From an uncultured Acidobacteriaceae bacterium (GTDB lineage Bacteria; Acidobacteriota; Terriglobia; Terriglobales; Acidobacteriaceae): DNA of 64,000 nucleotides. Numbering within the stretch: the first letter of the stretch is position 1; each line of letters begins with the position of its first letter. The position numbers were made by a program, and so were the translations under genes. The DNA lies in the NCBI GenBank assembly GCA_963791085.1, contig CAWBQG010000003.1:119447-183446 (forward strand), written 5' to 3'. This document shows, piece after piece, positions 16,643 through 26,499 of the stretch. The notes under the pieces were generated by a model. The model ran no database searches and was not told the origin of the DNA. It was given only the letters and a program-made list of their open reading frames with translations.

Positions 16643-18775
16643 CTAGGTTTTGCGGCGGATGTCAATCACCAGGTTCCCGGCGCGATCCAGGTGAAACTGC
16701 TTTCCCGGTGGAATCACCGTGGTCGCGCTGTATTCGGTGATTATGGCTGGTCCTCTTAGTATGTGAGCCGTGGGAACTTCGCTGCGTTCATAGACCGGCG
16801 TGGTTTCCGGCTTCTCAAAGATGACGCGCGCCCGCTCTACGGGCTTCACTCCGGCGGCCGAACCGCGCACGACGGAGGCCGCGCGGACAGGAGCGGGCCA
16901 CCCCATCACGCCAAAGCGGGGCGTGCCGGGGACCCCGGTGTCCGTGCCACACAAACTCGGTGTTCGCAGCTTCGCGCGGAGTCGCACCGTAACCAACTCG
17001 ATCTCCCGGTCGGGGTGGTGATAGCCGTAGCGGCGTTGGTGCTCTTGGTGAAAGCGGGCGACGGCATCTCCGCCGGCGGGCACGTTGAGTTCGTAGCCTT
17101 GCCCGCGATAACGCAGGTCGAGTGTTCTTTCATAATGGACGGCTCGGTGGCTCTGCCATCGCTCCGCGGCGAATGACTTCCGCGCCGCCGCTTCCAGCTT
17201 GCGAAACTCTTTTTGAAGTTCGGCTCGCGGCACTCGCCGGTCCAGCCGCCAAAGCAGCGTGCGCGAGAAATCCTTGACCACATCGCTGACCAGAATCCCG
17301 AAGGCCGAGAGAGCGCCGGGCCGCGCCGGGATGATCACGGTGGGAATTGAGAGCGCCTCGGCGAGTTCGCAGGCATGAAGGCCTCCCGCGCCGCCAAATG
17401 CCACCAATGCAAAATCGCGCGGATCGTAGCCGCGTTCGATGGAGACGACGCGCAAGGCCCGCTCCATGTTTGCGTTGACCACGCGCAGCACGCCGCGCGC
17501 GAAATGCTCGAGTGTCATGTGTTGCTTTTTCGGTCCGTCTTTATTCGGTTGCTGTTTATCCAGACACTCTTTATCCAGCCACCCCTGCGCGATGCGGCGG
17601 GTTCGTTCCATATCAAGCGTGAACTCGCCGCCCAGAAAGCGGTCGGGCCGCAGCCGGCCCAAAATCAGATTGGCATCGGTGACGGTGGGCTGCGTGCCGC
17701 GGCCGTAGCAGATGGGACCCGGATCGGCGCCCGCCGATTCCGGACCGACGCGCAGCAGGCCGCCGGCATCGAAACGCGCCAGCGATCCGCCGCCTGCGCC
17801 CACGGTGTGAATTTCGAGCATGGGAACGCCGACGGGAAGTCCGGCTACTTCTGACTGATTGCCCGCGCTGATCTCGCCCTGAACGGCGGCAACGTCGGTC
17901 GAGGTGCCTCCCATGTCGAACGAAAGTATTTTCGCGAAGCCGCTTCTCGATGCGGCCGCGGCAGCGCCTACCAGACCGCCAGCGGGACCCGATAACACGG
18001 TGCGCACGGGTTCGCGCGCGGCAGACTCGAGCGCGGCGATTCCGCCGTTTGATTGCATGACGAAGATTCGCGACTTTGCCCTGGCAGTTGTTCCGATCTG
18101 CTCGACTCGCTCTGCAAGCTTTTCCATGTAGCGCTGCATCAGCGGTTGGAGGTAAGCGTTCACAACCACCGTGCTGGTGCGTTCGTATTCGCGGAACTCG
18201 GGGAGGATCTGATGAGAAACCGAAAGCGGCTTACCGGAATCGGCCAGCGCGGCGGCAACCCGCGTTTCGTTCGCGGTGTTCGCAAACGAAAACAAGAACG
18301 AGATTGCAATGGCTTCGGGCTGCGCTCGCAATACCGCTCGCCGCAGGCGCATTAATTCCGCGTCCGACGGACGCTCCAGCACTCGGCCTTCGGCATCGAC
18401 CCGTTCCTTGACGCCAAAGCGCATGTCGCGGGCGACGAGTGGCGGAATGCGGTCAAAAAAGAAATCGTAGAGACGCGGCCGTGCCTGTCTGCCAATCTCG
18501 ATGACATCTTCAAACCCAGCGGTGGTGATGAGCGCCACTCGTGCACCTTTTCGCTCGAGCAGCGCATTGGTCCCGACGGTCGTCCCATGCAGCAGCGTAA
18601 CGCCCGCTGCCACGCCGATTTTGGCTAGCGCGTCGCCGATTGCGCGCGACGGATCATCGGGCGTGGAAAATACCTTGAGAGTCTCGAGTTCGCCGCCTTC
18701 GACCCACACGCAGTCGGTGAAAGTTCCGCCGGTGTCAATGGCAATGCGGAGCGGGGGTTTGGCGGACCCGGGCAT
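16643..18775 (-). CDS. hydantoinase/oxoprolinase family protein (HyuA-type subunit)
   Basis: 710 aa with an N-terminus IAIDTGGTFTDCV and the motif FDMGGTSTDV. No HyuB-type partner is adjacent. Confidence 0.9.
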   Translation of the reverse strand: MPGSAKPPLRIAIDTGGTFTDCVWVEGGELETLKVFSTPDDPSRAIGDALAKIGVAAGVTLLHGTTVGTNALLERKGARVALITTAGFEDVIEIGRQARPRLYDFFFDRIPPLVARDMRFGVKERVDAEGRVLERPSDAELMRLRRAVLRAQPEAIAISFLFSFANTANETRVAAALADSGKPLSVSHQILPEFREYERTSTVVVNAYLQPLMQRYMEKLAERVEQIGTTARAKSRIFVMQSNGGIAALESAAREPVRTVLSGPAGGLVGAAAAASRSGFAKILSFDMGGTSTDVAAVQGEISAGNQSEVAGLPVGVPMLEIHTVGAGGGSLARFDAGGLLRVGPESAGADPGPICYGRGTQPTVTDANLILGRLRPDRFLGGEFTLDMERTRRIAQGWLDKECLDKQQPNKDGPKKQHMTLEHFARGVLRVVNANMERALRVVSIERGYDPRDFALVAFGGAGGLHACELAEALSIPTVIIPARPGALSAFGILVSDVVKDFSRTLLWRLDRRVPRAELQKEFRKLEAAARKSFAAERWQSHRAVHYERTLDLRYRGQGYELNVPAGGDAVARFHQEHQRRYGYHHPDREIELVTVRLRAKLRTPSLCGTDTGVPGTPRFGVMGWPAPVRAASVVRGSAAGVKPVERARVIFEKPETTPVYERSEVPTAHILRGPAIITEYSATTVIPPGKQFHLDRAGNLVIDIRRKT

Positions 18776-18916
18776 AAACAGGGAAGACTACCACGGGCGT
18801 GCCGAGCCCACCGAATCGGCAAGTGTCAGTATCGCAAACATAACGCCTTTCGCACGCGCACTGCCGTATTCTGAAAGCTGAGATCGCGAGCAGCGATCTC
18901 GGCACAGAGGTCCGAG

Positions 18917-20221
18917 GTGAACGGCAAAACCTGGAAGGCGTGGCTGGTGCCCGGCGGAGCGGTGTTGGCTGTCGCGGTGGCGCTCGTCAACAGTTCGCTG
19001 TTCGCCCAGGTCGCGTCTTCGCTCTCCTTTTATTACGTAGCCGTTTTTGCGGCCGGATTGCTCCTGGCCTGGCGGTTCAATTCCAGCCGCATTCTGTTTT
19101 CGCTGCTCACTCTTCTGCTCGCGCATCGCGCGGTCGATTTCTTTTCCGCGGGGCACGCGCACAGCGGCCCGGGCCGCACGGCTGTGACGCTGGCCGCGCT
19201 CCTGATCCCGCTCAACTTCATTGTGTTTGCCGCAATGCGCGAGCGCGGGCTCATCATCGCCGGCATCGCACCGCGCTTTGGTCTGCTCTTTTTGGAGTCT
19301 GTTGTCGTCGCCATTCTGTGCCGTCCGGAGAATAGCGTTGCCACGGCGCGGCCTCCCAACATGGCTGATGCTCCCGTTTGGGTGCTGGCCGGTCTGGCCG
19401 CAGCGGTCGCGCTGTTCATCTGGCGCTACGTACTGACCCGCAAGCCCATCGAGCCCGGCTTTGCCTGGTCGATGGCCGCTGTTTTCCTGTGGCTCGAGTT
19501 TGCACCGGTCGGCCGGGGCGCCGACGCTTATGTGGCCACCGCCGCGCTAATCATTGCGGCTTCGCTGATTGAGACTTCCTACGTGCTCGCTTACCACGAT
19601 GAACTTACCGGCATCCGCGGAAGGCGCGCCTTCAACGAAGCGCTGCTTTCGCTCGATGAGCAATACGCCATCGCCATTGTCGACATCGATCACTTCAAGA
19701 TCTTTAACGATACCTACGGGCACGACGTCGGCGACCAGGTTTTATGCATGGTGGCGTCGCGCATCTCGAAGGTCGCGGGCGGAGGCCAGGCGTTTCGCTG
19801 CGGAGGCGAAGAGTTCGCGGTAATTTTCCGCGGCACATCGGCTAAAGACGCCTTTGAGCACTTGGAGGCGCTGCGCAAAGTTATTGAGGGTTCATCGTTC
19901 CGCATGCGCGGCGGCGAACGAAGAACCGACCTGCGGGCGGAGGAGGCCGATCGCAGAAAAGCCACTGACCGCAGAAGGCCGGCGAAAAAGAAGGCCGCTG
20001 CGCCGTACGCTCTCATCCAGCCGCCCGACCGCTTATCGGTAACCGTGAGCATGGGCGTGGCCGAGCCCAGCACTCGCTATCGGCAACCCGAGCAGGTGAT
20101 TCAGGCGGCTGACCAGGCGCTGTATCGCGCCAAGCAAAAAGGGCGCAACCGCGTAGAACTGGCTTCCACCGCTCCGTTGTGGCTGGAACGAACGAAGCGG
20201 GTCAAGGCGTCGCGGCAGTAG
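18917..20221 (+). CDS. membrane-anchored diguanylate cyclase (GGDEF domain, GGEEF active site)
   Basis: 434 aa (GTG start). About 6 N-terminal TM helices, then DELTGIRGRRAF, IDIDHFKIFNDTYGH, FRCGGEEFAVIF, RAKQKGRNRV. Confidence 0.85.
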   Translation: MNGKTWKAWLVPGGAVLAVAVALVNSSLFAQVASSLSFYYVAVFAAGLLLAWRFNSSRILFSLLTLLLAHRAVDFFSAGHAHSGPGRTAVTLAALLIPLNFIVFAAMRERGLIIAGIAPRFGLLFLESVVVAILCRPENSVATARPPNMADAPVWVLAGLAAAVALFIWRYVLTRKPIEPGFAWSMAAVFLWLEFAPVGRGADAYVATAALIIAASLIETSYVLAYHDELTGIRGRRAFNEALLSLDEQYAIAIVDIDHFKIFNDTYGHDVGDQVLCMVASRISKVAGGGQAFRCGGEEFAVIFRGTSAKDAFEHLEALRKVIEGSSFRMRGGERRTDLRAEEADRRKATDRRRPAKKKAAAPYALIQPPDRLSVTVSMGVAEPSTRYRQPEQVIQAADQALYRAKQKGRNRVELASTAPLWLERTKRVKASRQ

Positions 20222-20252
20222 GGAACTCACGACTTTACCGTCTCGCTGCGCG

Positions 20253-21419
20253 CTACCAGTCGCGCAAATGGATGACGAGCAGCAGCACCGTCGCACCCAA
20301 TGGAAGCAACAATCCCGCCCGCAGGCTTCCGGTGCTTTGGGAGACGACACCTACCATCCAGGGAATCACGGCCGGGCCTACCGCCGCCAGCGAAAACATG
20401 ACGGCGCCGATGCTGCGCGCGGCCACTCCGAAGTGCGCCGAAAGCCGCGCGATGGTGATGGGATACAACGTGGCAAAACTTAGCCCCGTAATCAAAGCTC
20501 CGGCAATTACTCCCGGGAGCGCGGAAGCAACGAGCATCAAGACGATTCCAGCGGAGGCGGTGGCGAAGCCCGCCCGCAACACGCGCCGCTCGGAAACGTA
20601 AGAGAGAAACAAGGTGCCGAGGCCGCGCCCGGCGGTCAGCGCAGCCCAGAAAAACGCCGGCATCAGCGGCGCCCACTTTGCTTCCTGTGGACCCAACCGT
20701 GCGACGTAGGAGCCAATCCATCCGCCGACGGCGGTTTCCGCCCCGGGATACAAGAAAAACACGGCCGCAAAAAGCCAGATCACCGGATTGCGTGCAAGCT
20801 CCTGCCACCGGAGCTTGCCGCCCAATGGCGTCTCCGCCGCCGCTGCTGGGAAGGTCAATCCCCACATCCTGAATGCGAGCAACACCAGGAACAACGAGAC
20901 CGCGCCAAGGAAAACCGGCAGCATCTTATGCGCAGCCGCCCACGCCACCATCAACGAGCAAAACACCGCGCCCGCTCCCCAGAAGAAATTCAGAAGGTTG
21001 ACGGCGCTGGTGCGCGAATTCGGGCTGACCTCGGCAATCAGCAAGCTGTCGGTCGGAACGATGAGGCCGATTCCAAGGCCGTACACGCCCACCGAGACCA
21101 TCCCCAACCCCACCGATCCCGCGTAGAGCGTGGCCGCGCCGCCGGCCATGAGCAGCAAGCCCAGCAAAAATGCAGGGCGATATCCAAATTTGACGAGCAG
21201 AACGCCCGAGAGCTGCACGCCCACAACCGAAGCCAGAAACTGCACCAGAAACAGATTGCCCGCGTGCGTGTCATTGAGCGCCCAGCGCGCGATGAGCAGC
21301 GGCAGCATGGGCCCAAGCAGGGTCATCAGGATTCCGGTGGGTAGAAACGCAAGCTGGGCGGCGAGGATCAGCTTCTTATTTGTGGAAGGAGGAAGATGCT
21401 CGATTTGTGCGCTCGCCAT
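20253..21419 (-). CDS. MFS transporter
   Basis: 388 aa with about 12 hydrophobic helices and an MFS-like loop pattern. Confidence 0.85.
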   Translation of the reverse strand: MASAQIEHLPPSTNKKLILAAQLAFLPTGILMTLLGPMLPLLIARWALNDTHAGNLFLVQFLASVVGVQLSGVLLVKFGYRPAFLLGLLLMAGGAATLYAGSVGLGMVSVGVYGLGIGLIVPTDSLLIAEVSPNSRTSAVNLLNFFWGAGAVFCSLMVAWAAAHKMLPVFLGAVSLFLVLLAFRMWGLTFPAAAAETPLGGKLRWQELARNPVIWLFAAVFFLYPGAETAVGGWIGSYVARLGPQEAKWAPLMPAFFWAALTAGRGLGTLFLSYVSERRVLRAGFATASAGIVLMLVASALPGVIAGALITGLSFATLYPITIARLSAHFGVAARSIGAVMFSLAAVGPAVIPWMVGVVSQSTGSLRAGLLLPLGATVLLLVIHLRDW

Positions 21420-21662
21420 GCGGAAAAGTTGCCCCTCGAGATTTTCTTCTGCCGTTGAAGGTTAAGAGCTGTGCAGAGACTAAAGAACGAGGATAACCGA
21501 TGGGACGCGGCTCGATGCGAAAGGAAGATGAATTGTGAGGGGCAGACGCAGGCGGACGTTGCCCATAGGAAGACGGCCTGCCAGGCCCAAATCAAGCCAC
21601 GCTGATCTACAGAGAGCATCGGTGTCGCGGCCGGTTCGGTAGCGAACAGACTATCCCGCCGC

Positions 21663-21872
21663 TTACGTCGTGACCAGATATTTTTCGGGAGCGCCATCCC
21701 CCGCCGGTTCTTCTTCCCGCGCCGGCTCCAGCACATTGCGCGATTCAGCGATGCCGTTCTCAGCGGCGGTTTCGATCAGCTCCTCGAGAATGTCATCATC
21801 CTGTTTTTCCAGGTCCGCTTTCCACTCTGCTTCTTCTTCCAGATTCCAGGGCCACACCGCTGTTCTGTCCAT
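21663..21872 (-). CDS. small acidic hypothetical protein
   Basis: The ATG at 21872 is preceded by GGAGGAGG. The 69-aa product is very acidic (MDRTAVWPWNLEEEAEWKADLEKQDDDILEELIE...). It lies downstream of the acyl-CoA ligase. Confidence 0.45.
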   Translation of the reverse strand: MDRTAVWPWNLEEEAEWKADLEKQDDDILEELIETAAENGIAESRNVLEPAREEEPAGDGAPEKYLVTT

Positions 21873-21989
21873 CTTGAACCTCCTCCACTGCGGTTTCGAC
21901 GATCTTTCTTGAGTTATCCGGCACCCGAGTTTCATGTGTCCGACATGAGTAATGGCTTTTGAAGTTAGAGCAAACGACGAAATCACGTT

Positions 21990-23762
21990 CTATGCCACTG
22001 TGGCAACTTCCGCTTCCTCGTATAAGTCATCGATCTGCTTTCGATAACGTTCTTCGACGATCTTGCGGCGAAGTTTCAACGTTGGCGTAAGACTGCCGTC
22101 GTCTGTGCTGAATTCATCCGCCACCACCAGCACCTTTTTCAATGTTTCGTAACGGGCAAGCTTCTGGTTTACTTCCTGAACAATGCCGTCATAGAGAGTC
22201 TGAACTTTCGGGTTGCCAACCAATTCCCGCCGCGACGAGAAAGAGATATGGTTGGCGCGCGCCCAATCCTCAAGCAGACTAAAGCACGGAGAAATAATTA
22301 CCGACGCGAATTTCCTCCGGTCCCCCACCACCACTGCGGTTCCGATCAGAGCGTTCAGCTTGAGGGAATTCTCAACCGGTTGGGGCGCGATAAACTTCCC
22401 GCCCGAGGTCTTGAGCAAGTCTTTCTTACGATCGGTGACCGATAGAAATCCATCCTCATCCAGCATCCCGATATCCCCGGTTTTGAACCAGCCATCCACA
22501 AACGCGCTCCTGGTTTCCTCCGGGCGGTTCCAGTACGCTCGAAAGACCGAGGGACCGCGCACCAGAATTTCATGGTCTTCCGCGATCTGCACTTCGACAT
22601 TCGAGAGAAGCCGGCCCACTGTGCCCAGTTTGTGGGCGCGCGGCGTGTTCACGGCAATTACAGGCGAAGTTTCTGTCAGGCCGTATCCTTCGTGAATGCG
22701 GATCCCAATGCTCGCATACCACGCGGCCAGTTCACTGCCCAGAGGCGCTCCGCCCGAAACAAATACTTCAACGTTGCCGCCCATTCGCGCTCGCACCTGC
22801 GAATAGACCAACTTATTCGCCAGTTTCCAACTTAGAGACGTCGGCACCTCGCCTGCCAGGACCCTGTGTGCATGCGCACGGCCCACCGCGAGCGCCCAAC
22901 GGTAGATCGCTCGTTTGGGGAATTTCTTGGCCTTCTGTTCAACCTGGCCGTAAATTTTTTCGTAAACGCGCGGCACGCCCACGAAAAGCGTAGGCATCAC
23001 CTCCATAAGAGTCTGTGGCAGGTGTTCGAAGAAGGGGCAGTAGGCCAGAGTTACGCCGTGGTAGAGCAGCGCGAAATCGGCATGACGCGCGGTTACGTGC
23101 GACAGCGGCAAAAACGAAACACTGATCTGCCCAGGGTGAACATTGAAGCCCTCAAGCGAGCACAGAATGTTCGAGGTCAAATTTCCGTGCGTGAGCTGCA
23201 CCCCTTTAGAGATGCCCGTTGTTCCCGAGGTGTAAATGATGGATGCCAGGTCGTCTGCGGCGACGGCGCGCGCGCACGCATCCAGATCGGGGTCGAATTC
23301 AGCTGAACCTTCCTCCATTAACCGGCGCATGGGCGCCGCATCGGCAGTGTCCAGTGCATCCATCACCACTACCCGTTCCACCGCCGTCTGGTCCTTGATG
23401 GAAAGGACTTTCTTCAATTGTGCCTCGGTGGAAACGACCACAACCTTCGCCCCGGAATCGCACAAAATGTAGGCTGTCTGCTGAGCGGTCAAGGTGGCAT
23501 AGATGGGAACAACCGCAACGCCCAGTTGAAAAGATGCGAAGTCCGCTACGGCCCACTCCGGCCGATTCTCACTCAGGATCGCGAGCCGGTCTCCTTTCGT
23601 CAGCCCCCACTTGCGGAGCCCTCGCGCCACGCCCGCCACATGCCGATAGAACTGGCGCGAACTGACGGGAGTCCATCGGCCCGACTCACGAGTCAGCATC
23701 ACCCGCTCGTGCCTGCGGTCCACAATCGCCGAAAAGATGTCGTTAAGGGTTCGAGGCGTCAT
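21990..23762 (-). CDS. long-chain fatty acid-CoA ligase (AMP-dependent synthetase)
   Basis: 590 aa with AMP-binding motifs: IIYTSGTTGISKGV, GYGLTETS, TGDIG, GKFIAPQ. Confidence 0.9.
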   Translation of the reverse strand: MTPRTLNDIFSAIVDRRHERVMLTRESGRWTPVSSRQFYRHVAGVARGLRKWGLTKGDRLAILSENRPEWAVADFASFQLGVAVVPIYATLTAQQTAYILCDSGAKVVVVSTEAQLKKVLSIKDQTAVERVVVMDALDTADAAPMRRLMEEGSAEFDPDLDACARAVAADDLASIIYTSGTTGISKGVQLTHGNLTSNILCSLEGFNVHPGQISVSFLPLSHVTARHADFALLYHGVTLAYCPFFEHLPQTLMEVMPTLFVGVPRVYEKIYGQVEQKAKKFPKRAIYRWALAVGRAHAHRVLAGEVPTSLSWKLANKLVYSQVRARMGGNVEVFVSGGAPLGSELAAWYASIGIRIHEGYGLTETSPVIAVNTPRAHKLGTVGRLLSNVEVQIAEDHEILVRGPSVFRAYWNRPEETRSAFVDGWFKTGDIGMLDEDGFLSVTDRKKDLLKTSGGKFIAPQPVENSLKLNALIGTAVVVGDRRKFASVIISPCFSLLEDWARANHISFSSRRELVGNPKVQTLYDGIVQEVNQKLARYETLKKVLVVADEFSTDDGSLTPTLKLRRKIVEERYRKQIDDLYEEAEVATVA

Positions 23763-23852
23763 ATAGCAGACCTCCCTCGCTGTGAAACTCCCGACAAGTC
23801 GCTTTTCATGAGCGCACCTCAGCGACTTATGGCTCTATCAGTGCCCAATAGG

Positions 23853-24548
23853 CTACTTCAAATGCCCCCAGCGGAACGTCGGTCCCGTGGAGAATCGCCA
23901 ATAGTTCTGCCGGGATGCCAGAATGTTAGAAAACAAATGCGTATTCACATAGTCAGTGGCAAACCGCCATCCTAGTGGCCGCGTTATGTTGATATCGAAC
24001 CCGCCGCCCAAGCCAACGAATAGCTGGGTGTCAGTCTGGTGGGAGCTGGGAACAGGGATATTAAGTACGTCGAACAGAGTGCCCAACCCCAACGGGAAAG
24101 TGATGTTTGCCACCTCGTGAATTCCGCCCAGGCCGGGACGCGCAAAAAACGTAACTCTATCCCACTTCCGAAAATAAAACTGCGGGCCGGCGGCGAAAGT
24201 ATATGTCGTTGATCGGAACGGCACGTTAATCGAGCTTGCGCCACCAGGTACCAATCCCGACTGGTTAATCGCACCTGCATAGACCGTTTCGCTTCCATTG
24301 ATGGTCCCGGCGCCACTGATCACAGAGTCGCCGATAGCGCTGAAATCCCCGCCCAGGCCAAGCCATGGTTTCACCGTGACGCCGAAATCACCTTCGAACC
24401 CACGTTCCGTCAAGTTTCTGGCCGGGCTGATCAGGTAATCGAATCCCGTAAAAAGCGTATAGCGGTTAATATCAGTCCGCTGGGCCAAAGCAGGCAGACA
24501 CAAAATAATTGCGAGGCTGCAAAACACCGCACACGGTATTGCTTTCAT
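23853..24548 (-). CDS. outer-membrane beta-barrel protein (small porin/OmpW-size)
   Basis: 231 aa with a signal peptide (MKAIPCAVFCSLAIILCLPALAQ) and an alternating beta-strand pattern rich in G/F/Y. Confidence 0.7.
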   Translation of the reverse strand: MKAIPCAVFCSLAIILCLPALAQRTDINRYTLFTGFDYLISPARNLTERGFEGDFGVTVKPWLGLGGDFSAIGDSVISGAGTINGSETVYAGAINQSGLVPGGASSINVPFRSTTYTFAAGPQFYFRKWDRVTFFARPGLGGIHEVANITFPLGLGTLFDVLNIPVPSSHQTDTQLFVGLGGGFDINITRPLGWRFATDYVNTHLFSNILASRQNYWRFSTGPTFRWGHLK

Positions 24549-24580
24549 GCTCCACCTCAGGAGATTTATCTATTAAATGA

Positions 24581-26167
24581 CTAAGCAACGACTAAGTCTG
24601 CTGCCGGATCGTTTATCTTACTTGTTGACACTGGTTCCGCGACTCGTTGTGCGCGCCGTACTGGCCGACTGGGCGCTGTTCCAACTGCCGCAAATGCGGT
24701 TTGTGCCGCTGCGTCCGGCGCTGCCTTCCGCCTTCGGGCTGTGCGCTTCTTTTCCGGCGGCTTGATCCCGGCGGCATCGCGCAGTTCACCGAAGCTCTCT
24801 TCAAGCAATATCTCCAGCTTCCGCAAATCCGGCGCTGCCTGCGCATCTCCGCTGAAACCGAAGTACGCCATTCCGTTGTAACTCAAAATGGCGCAATTGA
24901 CGGCCATCTCGCCTCCGACCGGAACATACGGATAGCAATGCAGCATTTTGTGTCCGAACAGATAAAGCGGCCACTGCGGACCGGGCACATTCGTGCAGAC
25001 CAGATTGAAAGGTGTGATCGGCAACCGGCTCGCCAGTGGCCCCATCAATCCCTGCACCGAGGTCGGAAACATGCCGATCAATCCTCCGGCCAAACTTACT
25101 AACTCGGCGGCATGCACTCGCTTGAGAAATTCGGTTCGCTTGTGTGCCGCAGCAAGCAAGTGTAGCGGCCGGCGGATATCCAGCGGAATGGTAACTGGAA
25201 CCAGCGAGATCCGATTGCCGAGTTCCGACGGGCTGCTTTTCCCCCGCAGGCTGACTGGGACCATGATGCGCAGCAATCTCCCCTTCACGCTATCGCCATG
25301 TAACTCGCAGTAGCGCCGAATCGTCGCCGTGACGATCGCGAGAATGACGTCGTTTACGCTGGTCTTACATTTGTGCCGGATGGCTTTGATCTCCTCGAGC
25401 GGAATCTGAGTGAAACAGAACTTCTGCGGTCCCTGGTAAAGAACGTTGAACCGTAGCCGCTCCGTAAACGCCGTGAGTTCAGGGAACAGGCCGGCAAACT
25501 CGCGAGTGTCCAGGTCGCTGCCGTTGGCCGCCGCGCGCTCCGCCATGCTTAGCAGATCGCCCAGCGCCGAGAGAATTCGTTTGAGAAAGTCCGAATATGT
25601 CTCCACAAACCCCGTTGTAAGTGACGTCAGTGGGTCGCGAGGCGGCGGAACACGGAATTTAAGCTTTTTTCTGGGAAGACGCGGCGCTTCCGGGTTCGCA
25701 TCCAGAAGTACGTTCATGATACCCACGCCGGCGATTCCATCGGCCAGGCAGTGGTGCAACCGGAAGATAAGTGCGCTCCGACCGCCTTTTAATCCCCTCA
25801 CAAGCGTGATATCCCATAACGGGTGTTGTCGATCCATTACCGTGCCGAAAAGTTTTCCGGCCAGCGTTTTCAGTTCCGTGTCGGTGCCGTGTTTGAGTCT
25901 TACTTCACGCACATGGCGGTCGAGTGCAAAATTTGGATCGTACTCCCAGGTGGGGAGACCCAGGCCGAAAGGCGCGGGCACCACACGTTTCAGATAACGC
26001 GGCAGGAGCGGCAGCTTCGACTCGATAAACTGAACGCAGTCTGCAAATGAAACTTCACCTTCGAACACGCAGATGCTCGCCACATTGAGCGGCATGCCTT
26101 CCCGCTCCAGATGCAGGAAGACCGTGTCCCCCCAGGAAAGGCGGTCGCTCTGTTGATCGTTCTGCAT
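24581..26167 (-). CDS. wax ester synthase/diacylglycerol acyltransferase (WS/DGAT) family protein
   Basis: 528 aa with the catalytic HHxxxDG motif (RLHHCLADGIAG) and a downstream NVPGP motif. The Lys/Arg/Ala-rich C-terminal tail of about 65 aa is unusual. Confidence 0.9.
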   Translation of the reverse strand: MQNDQQSDRLSWGDTVFLHLEREGMPLNVASICVFEGEVSFADCVQFIESKLPLLPRYLKRVVPAPFGLGLPTWEYDPNFALDRHVREVRLKHGTDTELKTLAGKLFGTVMDRQHPLWDITLVRGLKGGRSALIFRLHHCLADGIAGVGIMNVLLDANPEAPRLPRKKLKFRVPPPRDPLTSLTTGFVETYSDFLKRILSALGDLLSMAERAAANGSDLDTREFAGLFPELTAFTERLRFNVLYQGPQKFCFTQIPLEEIKAIRHKCKTSVNDVILAIVTATIRRYCELHGDSVKGRLLRIMVPVSLRGKSSPSELGNRISLVPVTIPLDIRRPLHLLAAAHKRTEFLKRVHAAELVSLAGGLIGMFPTSVQGLMGPLASRLPITPFNLVCTNVPGPQWPLYLFGHKMLHCYPYVPVGGEMAVNCAILSYNGMAYFGFSGDAQAAPDLRKLEILLEESFGELRDAAGIKPPEKKRTARRRKAAPDAAAQTAFAAVGTAPSRPVRRAQRVAEPVSTSKINDPAADLVVA

Positions 26168-26209
26168 GGCGTCTCTCCTAATCAGGGCGCCGCGCGGCCA
26201 AAGCGCACT

Positions 26210-26491
26210 TCAGTTCTCGAAAGAAAAGCGCCGCGTCAATTTCATCAGCTTGAGCACTTTATAAACCTCAACGTTCACGGCGCGTAAGACGACCCTGACC
26301 CCTACCGCGTCAGCCCTTCGGATAAACTCTTCCATCGCGCGGAGCGTGCTCGAATCCACCCGGCGCACGGCAGAGAAATCCACAATCAAGTCCCCGGTCG
26401 CGGCGTCGAGCTTTTCTCCGGCCTCTCGCAAAACCGCGGCCACGCGCTTTTCATCGATCTTTAACGACATCGCAATCATCGACATATGCAC
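26210..26491 (-). CDS. STAS domain protein (anti-sigma-antagonist/MlaB-like fold)
   Basis: 93 aa (DFSAVRRVDSSTLRAMEEFIRRADAVGVRVVLRAVNVEVYKVLKLMKL). It starts 8 nt after the adhE stop. Confidence 0.7.
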   Translation of the reverse strand: MHMSMIAMSLKIDEKRVAAVLREAGEKLDAATGDLIVDFSAVRRVDSSTLRAMEEFIRRADAVGVRVVLRAVNVEVYKVLKLMKLTRRFSFEN

Positions 26492-26499
26492 CGCCGCGG

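Noticed and set aside
16643-18775. Looked for a HyuB/oxoprolinase B partner that would make a two-gene hydantoinase system
   Set aside because: The flanking genes are an HXXEE membrane protein and a GGDEF cyclase. No B-subunit-like ORF is present, so only the single gene is reported.
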